From Octopus vulgaris (Eukaryota): 64,000 nucleotides of DNA. Location: positions 16,058,001 through 16,122,000 of the forward strand of contig OX597830.1 in assembly GCA_951406725.2 (NCBI GenBank), in the 5' to 3' direction. A model generated the notes under the pieces. It did not search any database. It saw only the letters and a program-made list of their open reading frames with translations, and was not told where the DNA came from. The translations under genes and the position numbers were made by a program. This document shows, piece by piece, positions 1 through 13,362 of this stretch; the first letter of the stretch is position 1, and the number at the start of each line of letters is the position of its first letter.

Positions 1-119
1 GCATATATTTTTATGAGCTACTAATAGCTTCATGCGAAGAAAGCAACTCAGATAACATTTCATAACACGTCTGTTGTTTTCATCGCATGAAGCTATTGAT
101 AGCTCATAAAAATATATGC
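1..119. repeat. Inverted repeat / hairpin (about 47-bp arms), left arm possibly cut by the window edge
   Basis: gcatatatttttatgagcta..aatagcttcatgcga at 1-47 is the near reverse complement of 73-119. Confidence 0.8.
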
Positions 120-136
120 TGTGTTCATTAAATAAC

Positions 137-195
<59 letters not shown>

Positions 196-370
196 TGATG
201 ATATAAATAATATATATGCATATATACATACGTATACGTACATACATGTTTACGTATATACAAATGCATTTGTGGGTACAGGACGTCACAAAACATAAAC
301 AACAATTAATATTTATCACTCACCAGATGGAGTACTTTTTTTGCTGATCTTACCTTCACGGAACAGTATG

Positions 371-419
<49 letters not shown>

Positions 420-1467
420 CACCCACACGTGATGGACTTCTTTTTAGTTTCCTTCTGCCAAATCAATTCACAAGGCTTTGGTCAGCCCGTGGTTAGAGTA
501 GAAGACACTTGTCCAAGTTGCTGGACATTTTTTATTCGCCGTTAGTACTGGATCATAACCAAGATTCCAAAGTGTTAAACAGGTTAAAGGTCTTTTCTCC
601 TATCAAAATCGCTATATCTGGTTTGACTGTCTGAAGATATGAAAGCAACACTGATTCGAAAGAAGTTCTTCAAGGATACCAGCTGCTTTGAAGGGATTGC
701 TCCAAGGGTCCTGGCTTTAGTGACAGGGAACGTTAACACTCTAAGGCATAGAGATTATGAAGCACTGACATTCTGTCCACTTAACCGTTTATAATTCTCC
801 ACTTTTCAGTAGCGTGGCTAGTAGGGGTAATAGGACGACTGACCCCGTCGGTGCTTTTTGGTGGCAGCATTTGTGGGTCTGTTGTATAAGGCTATATAGG
901 AGGCGGGGAGCGACAAACACAAGAGCTCCCCACCGCTGTCATTGTTGTGATACCGGTGGAAAAGAGAAACACTTGTTAACTGAGCCCGCGGCACAGTTTC
1001 AATTCCTCGTAGCTATTTCATTTTACAAGCCAAAGTAATATTTTTGAGAAAGACACGTCATTTTTCTCAGTTGCCTGCAATCTGAGTTCAAATTCTGTCG
1101 AAGTCCATTTTGCTTTCGCGAGTAATAAAAGGAAGTTGCAATCCAGGGCGATGGGTTGGCTGAATTGATAGAAAATCAGACGACATATTACATTATTTTT
1201 GCTGGTCCTTTGTATTCCGATTTTGTAGATGGTCCATTTAATCTGTCCTCTTTTTTGATACCTTCTCCACCTTATCTCTTGAGTGTTTTAAACTCAGTTC
1301 ATTCTGTTGCGAGTATTCGAGCATTTGAAACAGGTCTCTGGTTTAGAGATAAGTTTCTCCGTTCCTCTTGAAAAAGAAGTGTCATAGGCACTAAATAGTG
1401 AAAAAATCAGACAGCCCCTTTCCCGCTTTCTAATAAATATTTTCACTTCTGCCTCGAGAGTAAATTG

Positions 1468-1876
1468 CTCTTTTTTACTCTTTTTACTTGTTTCACTCAT
1501 GTGACTGTGGCCATGCTGGAGCACCGCCTTTAGTCGAGCAAATCGACCCCAGGACTTATTCTTTGTAAGCCTAGTACTTATTCTATCCGTCTCTTCTCTT
1601 TTGCCGAACTGCTAAGTTACGAGAACGTAAACGCACCAGCATCGGTTGTCTAGTGATGTTGGTGGGGGGACAAACATATACACACACCTACACACATATA
1701 TATACATATATACGACGGGCTTCTTTCAGTTTCCGTCTACCAAATCCTCTCACAAGGCTTTGGTCGGCTCGAGGCTATAGTAGAAGACACTTGCCCAAGG
1801 TGCCACACAGTGGGACTGAACCCGGAACCATGTTGTTCGTAAGCAAGCTACTTACCACACGACCACTCCTACGCCT
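1468..1876 (-). mobile_element. tRNA-derived SINE, family B (internal (TA)n/(TG)n, (AAAAGAGT)n tail)
   Basis: Minus strand starts AGGCGTAGGAGTGGTCGTGTGGTAAG (A box) then GGTTCAGTCCC (B box) and CORE-like CACCTTGGGCAAGTGTCTTC; at least 8 related copies in the window. Confidence 0.9.
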
Positions 1877-2021
1877 GCCGTTAAGCTTATTATGAGCCCA
1901 AGAATCCATTGTTATTCATTAGCACTAAGTCAGCTCTCAAGCTATAGACTTGTCATGAAAGGCATTCTAGTAAAGACAATTCCATCTTTTTTGTATACCT
2001 ATCTAAATGTGACGGCTTTGC

Positions 2022-2075
<54 letters not shown>

Positions 2076-2277
2076 AGCAGAGGTCGAGAAATCACGCTGA
2101 GATCTTCCTCAGTGTCACTCGTTGGCGCGACCAAATTTTGTGTGTTCTTCGATAATGTGAAGCATCTTTGTCATTCTCTGTGTATATATGCGAAAGTGCG
2201 CGTATTTGTGTATGTGTGCAAATTAATATATATATATACTTATATATTAACTTTTATATGCGTTTGTGTGTGTAAAA

Positions 2278-2308
<31 letters not shown>

Positions 2309-2439
2309 CATGCATACGTATATACATATATATATATAGATAGATAGATATAGATATAGATATATATATGTATATATAAATATATATATATACAGATAGA
2401 TAGATACAAACGTATATGCATATATGTATATTTATATAA

Positions 2440-2497
<58 letters not shown>

Positions 2498-2812
2498 GGA
2501 GAGAGACACACACACACACATACATACGCACGCATCAATACTTCGATTAACGTAATTAATATGTTCCTGTTTTTCACCTTCACATTCAGAAACTTTATCA
2601 ATGGAACGCAACATATAATTCGCATTCTTTTTTTTTTGCTCTGTTGATAAGTTCTTTGAAATATTTCAGGAAATATCCATTTATTTGAAATACTTAAAGT
2701 TGTAATTTACGTCTTAGATTTATAAATCTTTTACTTAAAACACTTAAAATATTTAACATAAGTAAATCTACAATGTTCATATGTAAGTGTGTGTGTGTGT
2801 GTGTATGTACGT

Positions 2813-2857
<45 letters not shown>

Positions 2858-3043
2858 ATGTATATAATATATTTATATGTATGTATATATATATATATGT
2901 GTATATATATATATATATTTATATATACATATATATGTATATGTAATATATAATATATACATACATATATATATACACACACATATATATATGTATGTAT
3001 ACAATATATATATATAATATATTTATATGTATGTATATATGTG

Positions 3044-3074
<31 letters not shown>

Positions 3075-3191
3075 ATATGTAATATATAATATATACATGT
3101 ATATATATATATACATACACATATAATGTGTGCATATATATGTATGTGGACAGATAGATAAATAGACAAACAGACAGACAGACAGATAGAC

Positions 3192-3266
<75 letters not shown>

Positions 3267-3636
3267 CACGTACATATCAGCTGAAACATCTCTTGAACGA
3301 CATAACTAATTCAATGAAAAAATATTTAGATTTTTCTATAGAAAAAAAGTCCTTTGAACTAAGCCGTAATTCAACAAAAATAAATATGTATATAGCACAA
3401 GCAGAAAAACAAACAATGCGTGACTAAAAAAACTAAATAAAGTACTGTTGGTTCTGTTAGATATCAAAATAGAGCGTTCAGCTGAATACGTTTTCTTATC
3501 AGCCTTTCATTCTTTCCAACAACAATGTAGCGACATCATTACAGATATTTTAACTTTCGTGCTTCGTTCAAAAATTCGCATTGTTTTCTGAAAGCCACTG
3601 CAAATCACATATCATTCCAATAAGTCGTGTTATAAC

Positions 3637-3871
3637 CTATTTCTTTATTACCCACAAGGGGCTAAACATAGAGGGGGACAAACAAGGACAGACAAACGGA
3701 TTAAGTCGATTACATTGACCCCAGTGCGTAACTGGTGCTTAATTTATCGACCCCGAAAGGATGAAAGGCAAAGTCGACCTCGGCGGAATTTGAACTCAGA
3801 ACGTAGCGGCAGACGAAATACCGCTAAGCATTTCGCCTGGTGTGCTAACGATTCTGCCAGCTCGCCGCCTT
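3637..3871 (-). mobile_element. tRNA-derived SINE, family A
   Basis: Minus strand AGGCGGCGAGCTGGCAGAATCGTTAG..GAGTTCAAATTCC (A/B boxes), central GCCTTTCATCCTTTCGGGGTCGATAAA, tail ..GTAATAAAGAAATA; other copies at 31674, 33767, 59311, 62341. Confidence 0.9.
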
Positions 3872-4238
3872 ATAAAGTTGTGTTATAACCGACCGTGAAG
3901 AACTCTTACACGACTTATGGATGTTTCTGTTAACCCCTAATGAGTTTTCTGGACGAAAGTCTCGTATTCAGCATGCAATAAATCCTAAATACCACGTTCA
4001 TGAACTTTCCCCAATTCTTTTCCTTCATCGTTTGTACAAGACTTTCGCTGGTTCAGACTGTTTAATCCTCTATACTCTGACCTTCCTTATGACATTTAGA
4101 CACAACTGATTCCAAAAGACTCAATTAGATTCGAGCTTTTATTTAAGTTTTAATATCAATATTTTTATTGCTTGCATAAGGTATTTTTTCCATAACTCTT
4201 TGAATAAGTGATGTATCCTCTCCATTTTCTTATTTGCC

Positions 4239-4341
<103 letters not shown>

Positions 4342-4352
4342 ATATATATATA

Positions 4353-4732
4353 CACTTGTGTCAGAAATTAATTAGCACTTCTCAAATTTCTACATTAAAT
4401 AGGTTAAATCAATTAACCTATGAGCTGTTCAAAACGTCTTACGCGATGAGAAAACTTAGTATGGTGTGATTTCGGTCCTTGTGAGGCGCTACCTATATCT
4501 ATTAAACAAATGAAGATTTGTCTGCATCCGCACTCCAAGTTGTTGTTGCACTGCTATGTCAACATCATAAGGCTGTAGACTCTCAAACTGCTCTGCAAAC
4601 AAAGTTACGTCATCGTTCTGCGCAACAGTGAACTCGCAACAAAGCAATAGTTCGAGATATGGCCACTAGGTGACAGCACATACCTTGAGTGAAGAGCAAA
4701 TCAAGGGTGCTAATTAATTTCTGACGGTAGTG
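4353..4732. mobile_element. Tc1/mariner-like MITE (about 380 bp)
   Basis: TIRs CACTtgtGTCAGAAATTAATTAGCAC / GTGCTAATTAATTTCTGACggtAGTG flanked by TA on both sides. Confidence 0.75.
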
Positions 4733-5842
4733 TATATATATGTATATATATATACATATATATATGTACATACACTTCCACACACTAACGTGCGAATACA
4801 TGTACGCAAACACATACACACGTATACACACACACACGCACGCACACATACACACATGCAGGCACGCGTGCACGCGAAAAGTAATATCAAAGAAAATACA
4901 GAAATATTGCGGTTTTAAGTGAGAGATGTGTCACTGAGCATCATTTTTCTTGTCCAAAACACTTTCATAAGTTTGTTTTAAACGTCCATGCTTTTTGTTA
5001 GACTTTTTAGTTAAGCCCTTTTCTCATACGTTCTAAGTGACGTAAAGCTTTCTTTTCATTAGCCCCAACCATGAGGCATGAATGTAGTACCATGCATGAT
5101 GATACTGAGAATGAGTATCATGCATGTGAATCACATGCGATATACAGGGCAATCAGAGGGCTAAGCAAAAATTTTAGAGATTTCTTAGCGAGGAAGTAAC
5201 TCAAATATTTGTTGCTTCGGTGGGTGGGGATTTTCAAAGTCCAAGAACAGCTTAATCTTCATATCATTTGAATAAAAGGGTAATTTGTAAGAACTGACAT
5301 CCAGGCTTCATCAAAATTTTCATCATAATTAACCAAGTATTAAAGAAAGAACTAAATATCCACTAATCTATTATTTTTGAAGTAGAGCAATGTAAGCCGT
5401 TTTGGAAGTCGTAAGCCTCTTAAGCGTGGATATAAAACAGCAAAATATCATTAGAGAACTGAAACTTAAGTCATTGGTTGTTTATCATTCTGGTAACCTA
5501 GCAGTAATAAAAATCGTCTCCAGATTTAATCTGTCTGTTATGTAGCAATCTAACACAAAAGCTTTGGTTACGTAGGATTTCTTAACTGGGTGGCTCGTTG
5601 AACATTTCTGCTCCCATTGTCAAAAGTTAATATGAGAAGACTGCTTTTAAAATCCAACGTGTTTCCGCTTGGCATGCTTGGAATCTGGATTCACTGAAAA
5701 CGTGTGTTTGATAGTCTCCATCCATTTAGTCTACGACTGAAGTCATTTGTTCTACAAAACATAATTTAATTATTACAATTTATTTGTTAAGAAATTATTA
5801 CTGTTTTCAAGGTATAATATTTTAAAATAAATTTTAGTCAGT

Positions 5843-6455
5843 TTATTAAAAAGGGCAAAAATAAAAGAATAGTAGCACACACGAGGTTCACGTTGTGCTC
5901 CTATTCTTTTTCTGCCCTTTTTAATAATGACAAATACAGTGTACCTATTGCTAACTGTGTATTATATGTATTAGCCCTCCTAACCACTTAGACCTTCTGA
6001 AAAAGCCTAGAGGCACACTCAAGATCCAAACTTTATCTGCCCATCCCTACGAAACACTGAAGAGATGGAAATGGTATGGACGATTTTGTTGCCACTTGGC
6101 AGAAACGGCCGTAAGGAACTGATCATTTGTTCTTTCCTGTAATATTAATACATGTGTGTGTAACACATAGTAACTAAATGTGTATGCATTCTTCTATTAT
6201 TTTCTAATGCTTTGGAATAAATAGATACACTGGAGTGTCTACTGGATGATGTATGTCGTTTTGTATCCTCTCCATTTTCTTATTTGCCATATAAATTAAG
6301 GGTAAACCACTGTTTACCCCCCACCCGTATATGACACTCAATTTCGAGATTGCCACGCAATAAACAGTATTTGGGTATGAATAATTGGGTACACTACCAG
6401 AAGTATATTGAATAGTTACTATCCATTAGTTGGTTGGTTTCCCAACGTCTACTCT
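5843..6455 (+). mobile_element. Non-coding Penelope-type terminal-repeat remnant with 5' fold-back hairpin and hammerhead-like motif
   Basis: Hairpin at about 5843-5927; GAAACGGCCGTA motif at 6102-6113; homologous to about 16970-17630. Confidence 0.6.
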
Positions 6456-6479
6456 CTCATATATATATATATATATATA

Positions 6480-7714
6480 ATAGTAGGGAATATAATTCCA
6501 AACTTGCGGGGAAAAATTCAATTGAGCAATTCCAAATCAAATTTCACAATATATAATATATGTATATAATTAAGAGAAATAACCTCTATTAAATAATTCA
6601 ATAGGGAAAGACTTTATCTATATCATATAGAAAAAGTTAAATATATACTATAATAAATATTATTCAAAAAATCACTAAATTAAATAAACATTAAATTGAA
6701 TACGCGCGTTTCGTGACTATATTTTGAAATCGATAATAAAATCGATACGATTAAAATTAATTCGATTTAAAATTAATTCGATTTTATAATATAGCCACTC
6801 TTAAGGTCTAAAATAATAATAAAATAAATGTATGTATCTTAACATATAATAAATAAATATAGAAATATTAACTATAAATAATATTAACTTAAATAATCGA
6901 ATAAGATATAACAATATTAATGAAAAATAAAATCATAACTTATCTTATTGAAGAATTCCAGTTAACTGAAAAATGTTAACTTTATATTTAGAACCTAGCG
7001 TTGCTAAGAAATTTATCATGTGAAAACATGACGTAAATAAAAACTATATAATAAATAGATGGAAAAAATGTATTTTAGCTGTGAAAATAACAATATGTAT
7101 TTTAGCTGTGAAAATAAGAAACAAACTAGATGTAATATACCATTTAATGGAAAAATTCTAAAATCTCAATAATTTAAAACTAAAATATGTAAAATGCATA
7201 AAATAAACTAAATTTCGATAACTATATTGATCAATTTATTTATTTAATTTTCTTATTCCAATTATGTAATATACATTACATAATCCACTGCTAATTTATA
7301 CTCATTATACTACTACAAATTATAACTACAAAAATTAATAGCATAAACCAGGGTTTTAATATATATACAAATTAGCTAAACTTATTATATAAGTAATTTA
7401 ACTTATGTCTATATTTAATTTTTCACTGATTATCGGGATTAATCAATTTTTTATTATTAGATAATATCTCCATAAATTCATTTGTATACAGTAAACAAAA
7501 ATTATTACCTATTCGATAAGATTTAGCTTTACAAACTATTTCCCAATTTAAATTATACTTAATTTAAATTATACTTAATTCCTTTAGATTTCAATTTAAT
7601 GTTTATTTAATTTAGTGATTTTTTTAATAATATTTATTATAGTATATTTAAATTTTTCTATATGATATAGATAAAGTCTTTTACTATTGAATTACTTGTT
7701 AGAGGTTATTTCTC

Positions 7715-7722
<8 letters not shown>
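6480..7722 (-). mobile_element. AT-rich element with about 135-bp inverted ends and a degenerate hammerhead
   Basis: 6566-6700 is the reverse complement of 7591-7722; minus strand CTTAAGA-gtggctatatt..aatatagtcac-GAAA-CGCGCG-TA at 6701-6805. Confidence 0.65.
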
Positions 7723-7800
<78 letters not shown>

Positions 7801-7804
<4 letters not shown>

Positions 7805-8143
7805 AATTGCAGCGTGGAAGGTGTTTTTAAGCCATTTAAGAAACACACAAAAACCTTTAGATTCACTTCAAAATTTAAATTTAATTTGTCAAAATATTTT
7901 CGTCTCTTTCAGCTCACGACCTGTTCACTGACAAAACTGAGATGCTGCACGGAGTTTTGTCAGTGAACAGGTCACGATCTCAAAGCGACGAAAATATTTT
8001 GACAATTAAATTTAAATGCTGAAGGGAATCTAACGGTTTTTGTGTGTTTCTTAAATGGCTCATAAACATCTTCCACGTTGCAATTGTTTTCGTTCCAGCA
8101 CACGATCTCAGATCAAGTCACTTGCTATGCAAGTACATCTCCG
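7801..8143. mobile_element. Palindromic mini-element (about 137-bp arms) with a G3-C8 hammerhead variant in each arm
   Basis: 7801-7938 is the near reverse complement of 7953-8089; a single-arm copy lies at 32412-32965. Confidence 0.8.
7957..8005 (+). ncRNA. Minimal type I hammerhead-like motif, G3-C8 core variant
   Basis: ttgtca-GTGAACA-g-gtcac..gcgac-GAAA-ATAT-TT-tgacaa; 6-bp helix I, palindromic helix III. Confidence 0.65.
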
Positions 8144-8144
8144 A

Positions 8145-8182
<38 letters not shown>

Positions 8183-8185
<3 letters not shown>

Positions 8186-8388
8186 CAAAATTTAGAGGAA
8201 TGACCACTAATAGTGGACAGCCTGTATGCTAGATATAGACGTCAAACTCGCCATTTACCACGAAGAATGTGTTCTCAAGAAAAAGTTCAGCAATGAGAAC
8301 ACATTCTTCGTGGTAAATGGCGAGTTTGACGTCTATATCTAGCATACAGGCTGTCCACTCTTAGTGGTCATTCCTCTAAATTTTGTAT
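8183..8388. repeat. Near-perfect inverted repeat, 95-bp arms, 16-bp spacer
   Basis: 8183-8277 versus 8294-8388, one mismatch seen; abuts (TA)n. Confidence 0.9.
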
Positions 8389-8531
8389 GTATAAAATTTT
8401 TAATCTTCGGAGATTAAAAAAAATAAGCTAGGCCACTGGTTTTAATTGATTAATATCAATTTCTACCCTTATTTAATTTTATATATATATATATCTGTAA
8501 ATGTAAAATGTGACAATTATTCGGTAGCCAT

Positions 8532-8592
8532 GATAAAACACCGAGTTTCGGATGTCGGGGTGGAAATCCACGCCGCCATATCTTCAGTTATC
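8532..8592 (-). ncRNA. Hammerhead-like motif
   Basis: gataa-CTGAAGA-[long imperfect helix II]-GAAAC-tcggt-GTT-ttatc. Confidence 0.55.
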
Positions 8593-8759
8593 CGGCCATC
8601 GTTTAAAAGAACAATGGAAAATGGAGACAGACTCCCAAGATGTTATTTAAATCAGTTATATCACCATCACCATATCACTGACATATGTTTCGATAGATGC
8701 ATTAAAATAAATCTTCAATAACTCAACTCTCCGTCCTTCCAGCTCTGATGTCGTTATAC

Positions 8760-10560
8760 TTAGCAAAAATAATCTTGATAAGTACATTCTTTCGTTAACG
8801 AAAATAATTAAACATAATTTATGATCTAATTCGTTCCAGGTTGTGGACTGGTTCAACTCTATCGATAATAAACTAAACACTAACTTTATCCAGTTTGATA
8901 TCTGTAGTTATTATCCCTCAATTAATTTCATTATCCTTAATAAAGCCCTGTGGTTCGCGCATAATAAATCTGGCCTCACTCGGGATGAAATTAATAGTTT
9001 TAACAACTGGAAAATCCATTATCAAATTTGATAATAAATTTTGGGTTCGTAAAGACAGACCTGACTTCTTTGATATACCTATAGGGTCCTCTGATTGGAT
9101 GGTATTTATATTCTATCAGAAATGGCAGACCAATTCCCATATATCCTCGGTGGTTTATATCGCGACGACTGTCATTTTTACCTCCAAAATATCTCTAATC
9201 AGAAATTACAAAATGTTAAAAATAATCTTGTTAAATTCTTTAGTAATATGGGCCTAAGTACCACCTTCGATGATAGAGCAAAGCTTAATTTCCTTGACCT
9301 TACACTCAACATATATTTCTCATACCCTAAACCTTTAACCAATCTAAAATGCATCAGCATTTTTAGCAATCATACTACTAATATAACAAAAATCAATGGT
9401 CAAATCTCTAAATTATCCGTCAATGTAAACGCTTTCAATAAAAACACTGATTTCTATAATTCGGCCTTATATAAGGCAGGATATAAAGAACAAATTAAGT
9501 ATTATAATCATCTTGATCCTGGTTCAACCTCTATTAATCTGGTAGATAGTAATTATGCTGCTGCTGCTACTACTACTACTACTACTACTACTACAATAAT
9601 GATAATAATAATAATAGTAATAATAATAAAAATAATAATAATAACAGCTGACACCGTAGTATTTCTCTAGCGTTACAAGCCATGCAAAAACAATGCTCAT
9701 AATGTTCCTCCCGCAGACAATAATCCGGATAATACCCCCTTATATCGAAATAACCAAAATCCTTATTTTCGAAAATTTAAAAATAAACAAAGGGAAGTAA
9801 CTATACTTCCCCAATGCTTTTCTGTAAAAATAATTTTTAAAAACGTCAGGATTTTTAAATAATAAATCTCGCTATAAATCGTATAACCCTAGTAAAAATA
9901 TTTGGCTTATTGTTCCATACGGAAAACAAGTTAAAAGTAAACTTCCCTACCTTTTTTTTCAAAGCAACTTGCTTAAAAATTCCAGGTACCACTCCATTTT
10001 CAACATCCACCGTATCAGAAATGGCTTCTCCAACACGAATAACCTCCTACAGATTATATCCTCGCATAACAACTATATTCTTAACGGTAAAAGGGTTTCA
10101 CTTAATAATTGTAATAGCATTAATAATAATAACGATAATCTCTCCTTAAATAATAGTATCAATAGTAATAGACCTTGTAATTGTGGTCCGAATAAAACTT
10201 GTATTCTCAACGGAAAATTACGTTTTTTACTAATGTAAAATTACCGCAGGGTCTAAAGAATTCTTTTATATTGAAATTTCATCTACGGAATTAAAAAAAA
10301 GTATTGCAGATCACCTTTCTATATTTAAATACATTCATAAACGTAATTCTGCAGGTCTTAGTAAACTAATTTGGCATCTCAAATATTCTAATAAACAATT
10401 TTTTTGGACTGGAAAATTATATCAAGATCATTTCCTTATGATAAAGGGAAACCCTTCCGCCTTCTTTCAACGAACGAACAATTATTTATACTCTTTTCCA
10501 AATATACACTGGTCAACACCTATAAAGAACGTGTTTATAGGTGTTTTGATTGAAAAAAAA
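8760..10560 (+). mobile_element. Decayed Penelope-like element (Naiad-like): reverse transcriptase and GIY-YIG endonuclease fragments
   Basis: Frameshifted pieces WFNSIDNK..FIQFDICSYYPSI, FDIPIGSSD, GGLYRDD, LNFLDLTLN, CNC..CILNGK, GLSKLIWHLK; 8607-8712 is an inverted diverged copy of 11325-11427. Confidence 0.8.
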
Positions 10561-10858
10561 ACACTTTCAGCTATTTCAAATAATATCTACTCCCTTACCT
10601 AATAATATCTCAAACTTAATCTTCATTCTTTCTTCCTATACCTCCTATTCTTTGCTTCATCTTTTCTATTCACCTACCATTTACTCTCTATTTGTTTCTA
10701 CCTTCATTTCTCCTTTAATTCTCTTTCTCTCTTCCTTCTCTTCTCTCGTCCTATGACGTCAAATTTCTTAGCTGTATTTTAAAAATTACTAGCGCTCCCT
10801 ATCCAACTTTGTTTCCCATATATGTATATGTGTTTATATATGTATATACATGCATGTA

Positions 10859-10941
<83 letters not shown>

Positions 10942-11005
10942 TATATATGTGTATTATATATGTGTATGTGCATGTATGAATTTATATGTATATATATGTA
11001 TATGC

Positions 11006-11050
<45 letters not shown>

Positions 11051-11054
<4 letters not shown>

Positions 11055-11162
11055 CCTGCTCGCTTAGCCAGCGGGGTGGCGTCATTCGAAGGCTAAAACA
11101 ATGCGAACGCATTGTGACCAGCGATGTGTAGCAACATCTGATGGTCTGGTCGGTCACTTGAT

Positions 11163-11169
<7 letters not shown>
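11051..11169. other. About 120-bp GC-rich, highly self-complementary insert in (TA)n
   Basis: Several stems and a possible pseudoknot; flanked by (TA)n on both sides. Confidence 0.5.
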
Positions 11170-11210
<41 letters not shown>

Positions 11211-11590
11211 TATATCATATATTGTACTTTCTTACATTTGTTAAAATGAATAATTGATGAACTGTGTTGTTTATATCCTCCCTGATAAACCTGGTGTATT
11301 GCTCTACATCATTCAACCTCCCAAATTTATATTAACGCATCTATCGAAACTTATGTCTGTGGTGACATGGTGATATAAATGATTTACATAACATCTTAGG
11401 CGTTTGTCTCCATTTTCCATTATTCTTATGTTCTATAAAATACGTCTCACCTCTCCCCGGAATTGACTCTCACACAAGTGTGATTACTAATTCCCAGGAC
11501 GCTTATATGACATCTGGCTACCTTGTAACTATTCCCCTCGATCTTGCCTTATAAATTGAACATTCATATATATATATATTTAAATATATA

Positions 11591-12001
11591 TACTCTTTTA
11601 CTCTTTTACTTGTTTCAGTCATTTGACTGTGGCCATGCTGGAGCACCGCCTTTAGTCGAGCAAATCGACACCGGGACTTATTCTTTGTTAGCCCAGTACT
11701 TATTCTATCGGTCTCTTTTGCCGAACCGCTAAGTGACGGGGGGACGTAAACACACCAGCTTCGGTTGTCAAGCAATGCTAGGGGGACAAACACAGACACA
11801 CAAATATACACACACACACACTTATATATATATACATATATACGACAGGCTTCTTTCAGTTTCCGTCTACTAAATCCACTCACAAGGCATTGGTCGGCCC
11901 GGGGCTATAGCAGAAGACACTTGCCCAAGATGCTACGCAGTGGGACTAAACCCGGAACCATGTGGTTGGTTAGCAAGCTACTTACCACACAGCCACTCCT
12001 G
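11591..12001 (-). mobile_element. SINE family B
   Basis: Near full-length match to 1468-1876. Confidence 0.9.
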
Positions 12002-12798
12002 ATATATATATATATATAACTTTCATCCTTTCGGGGTCGATAAAATAAGTATCAATTGAGAACTGGAGTTATTTAATCGACTTACTCCTTCCTCCGAAGT
12101 TGCTGGCCTTGTGCCAAAATTTTGAAACAAATATAGAAAACATCTAGACGTCTGCTTACATATTTTGTTAGACAGTGTACCGCTTCACTGATTATCTGCG
12201 TGAATTAGAAATTAACCACGGAAATCTAATAGTTCTATGGCTAATTAGTATGGATGCCAAATGGTCAAAGTTCTTCCTCTTCTACGAATTTCTTGCAACT
12301 AAATAGTTTAAAACTTCAAAACTCTCTTATCATCATACTCAATTTTACATTAAACTCAAATCACGTAGTTGAAGTACATAATACTTGAGGAAGTTTCTGT
12401 GCAAGTTATCTGCAATCGACAAGGTTCTCATTGAAGAGTTTTATCTTTCGTCCACATAAGCCAGCATTAATTATCATACTCATGTGGATCCCTGATATCC
12501 ACAACAATGAACCCAATCCCAGATGACAATGTCAGGCGTGTTATGTCGCAAGTGTCTGAACATGCCGTATTTCTAAATATGTTAGTGAATTCAGATTATG
12601 TTGCCGGAGGGGGAGTCTATTGTCAGATACGTATGTCGAAATAAGACATACGCATCTGTATATCATTGTTACAAAGATATATCGTACCTTACAGAAATAC
12701 GTATGACATTTCTCTGTGACATTTCTCGATGACATTTCTATAACTTCCCTATACATGCAGCACAATGATTTTTACGCATAGATAATACATACACTCTA

Positions 12799-13156
12799 AC
12801 ATACATACATACATACATACATACATACATACATACATACATACATACATACACACATACACACACATACACACATACATACATACATACATAAATACAT
12901 ACACACATGCATACACACACACATACATACATACATACATAAATACATACACACATACATAAATACATACACACATACACATACACACATACATACATAA
13001 ATACATACACACATGCATACACACACACACATACATACATACATACATACATACATACATACATACTTACTTACATACATACATACATACCTACCTACCT
13101 ACCTACCTACCTACCTACCTGCTTGCCTGCCTGCATGCATGCATGCATGCATGCAT

Positions 13157-13207
<51 letters not shown>

Positions 13208-13319
13208 TACATACATACATACATACATACATACATACATACATACATACATACATACATACATACATACATACATACATACATACATACATACATACAT
13301 ACATACATACATACATACA

Positions 13320-13355
<36 letters not shown>

Positions 13356-13362
13356 CACACAC
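12799..13362. repeat. Compound (TACA)n/(CA)n microsatellite
   Basis: Direct reading. Confidence 0.95.

Noticed and set aside
11110-11150. SECIS element for the upstream Naiad-like element
   Set aside because: GUGAC and UGAU are present but helix II geometry is wrong, and the segment is an independent insert in (TA)n.
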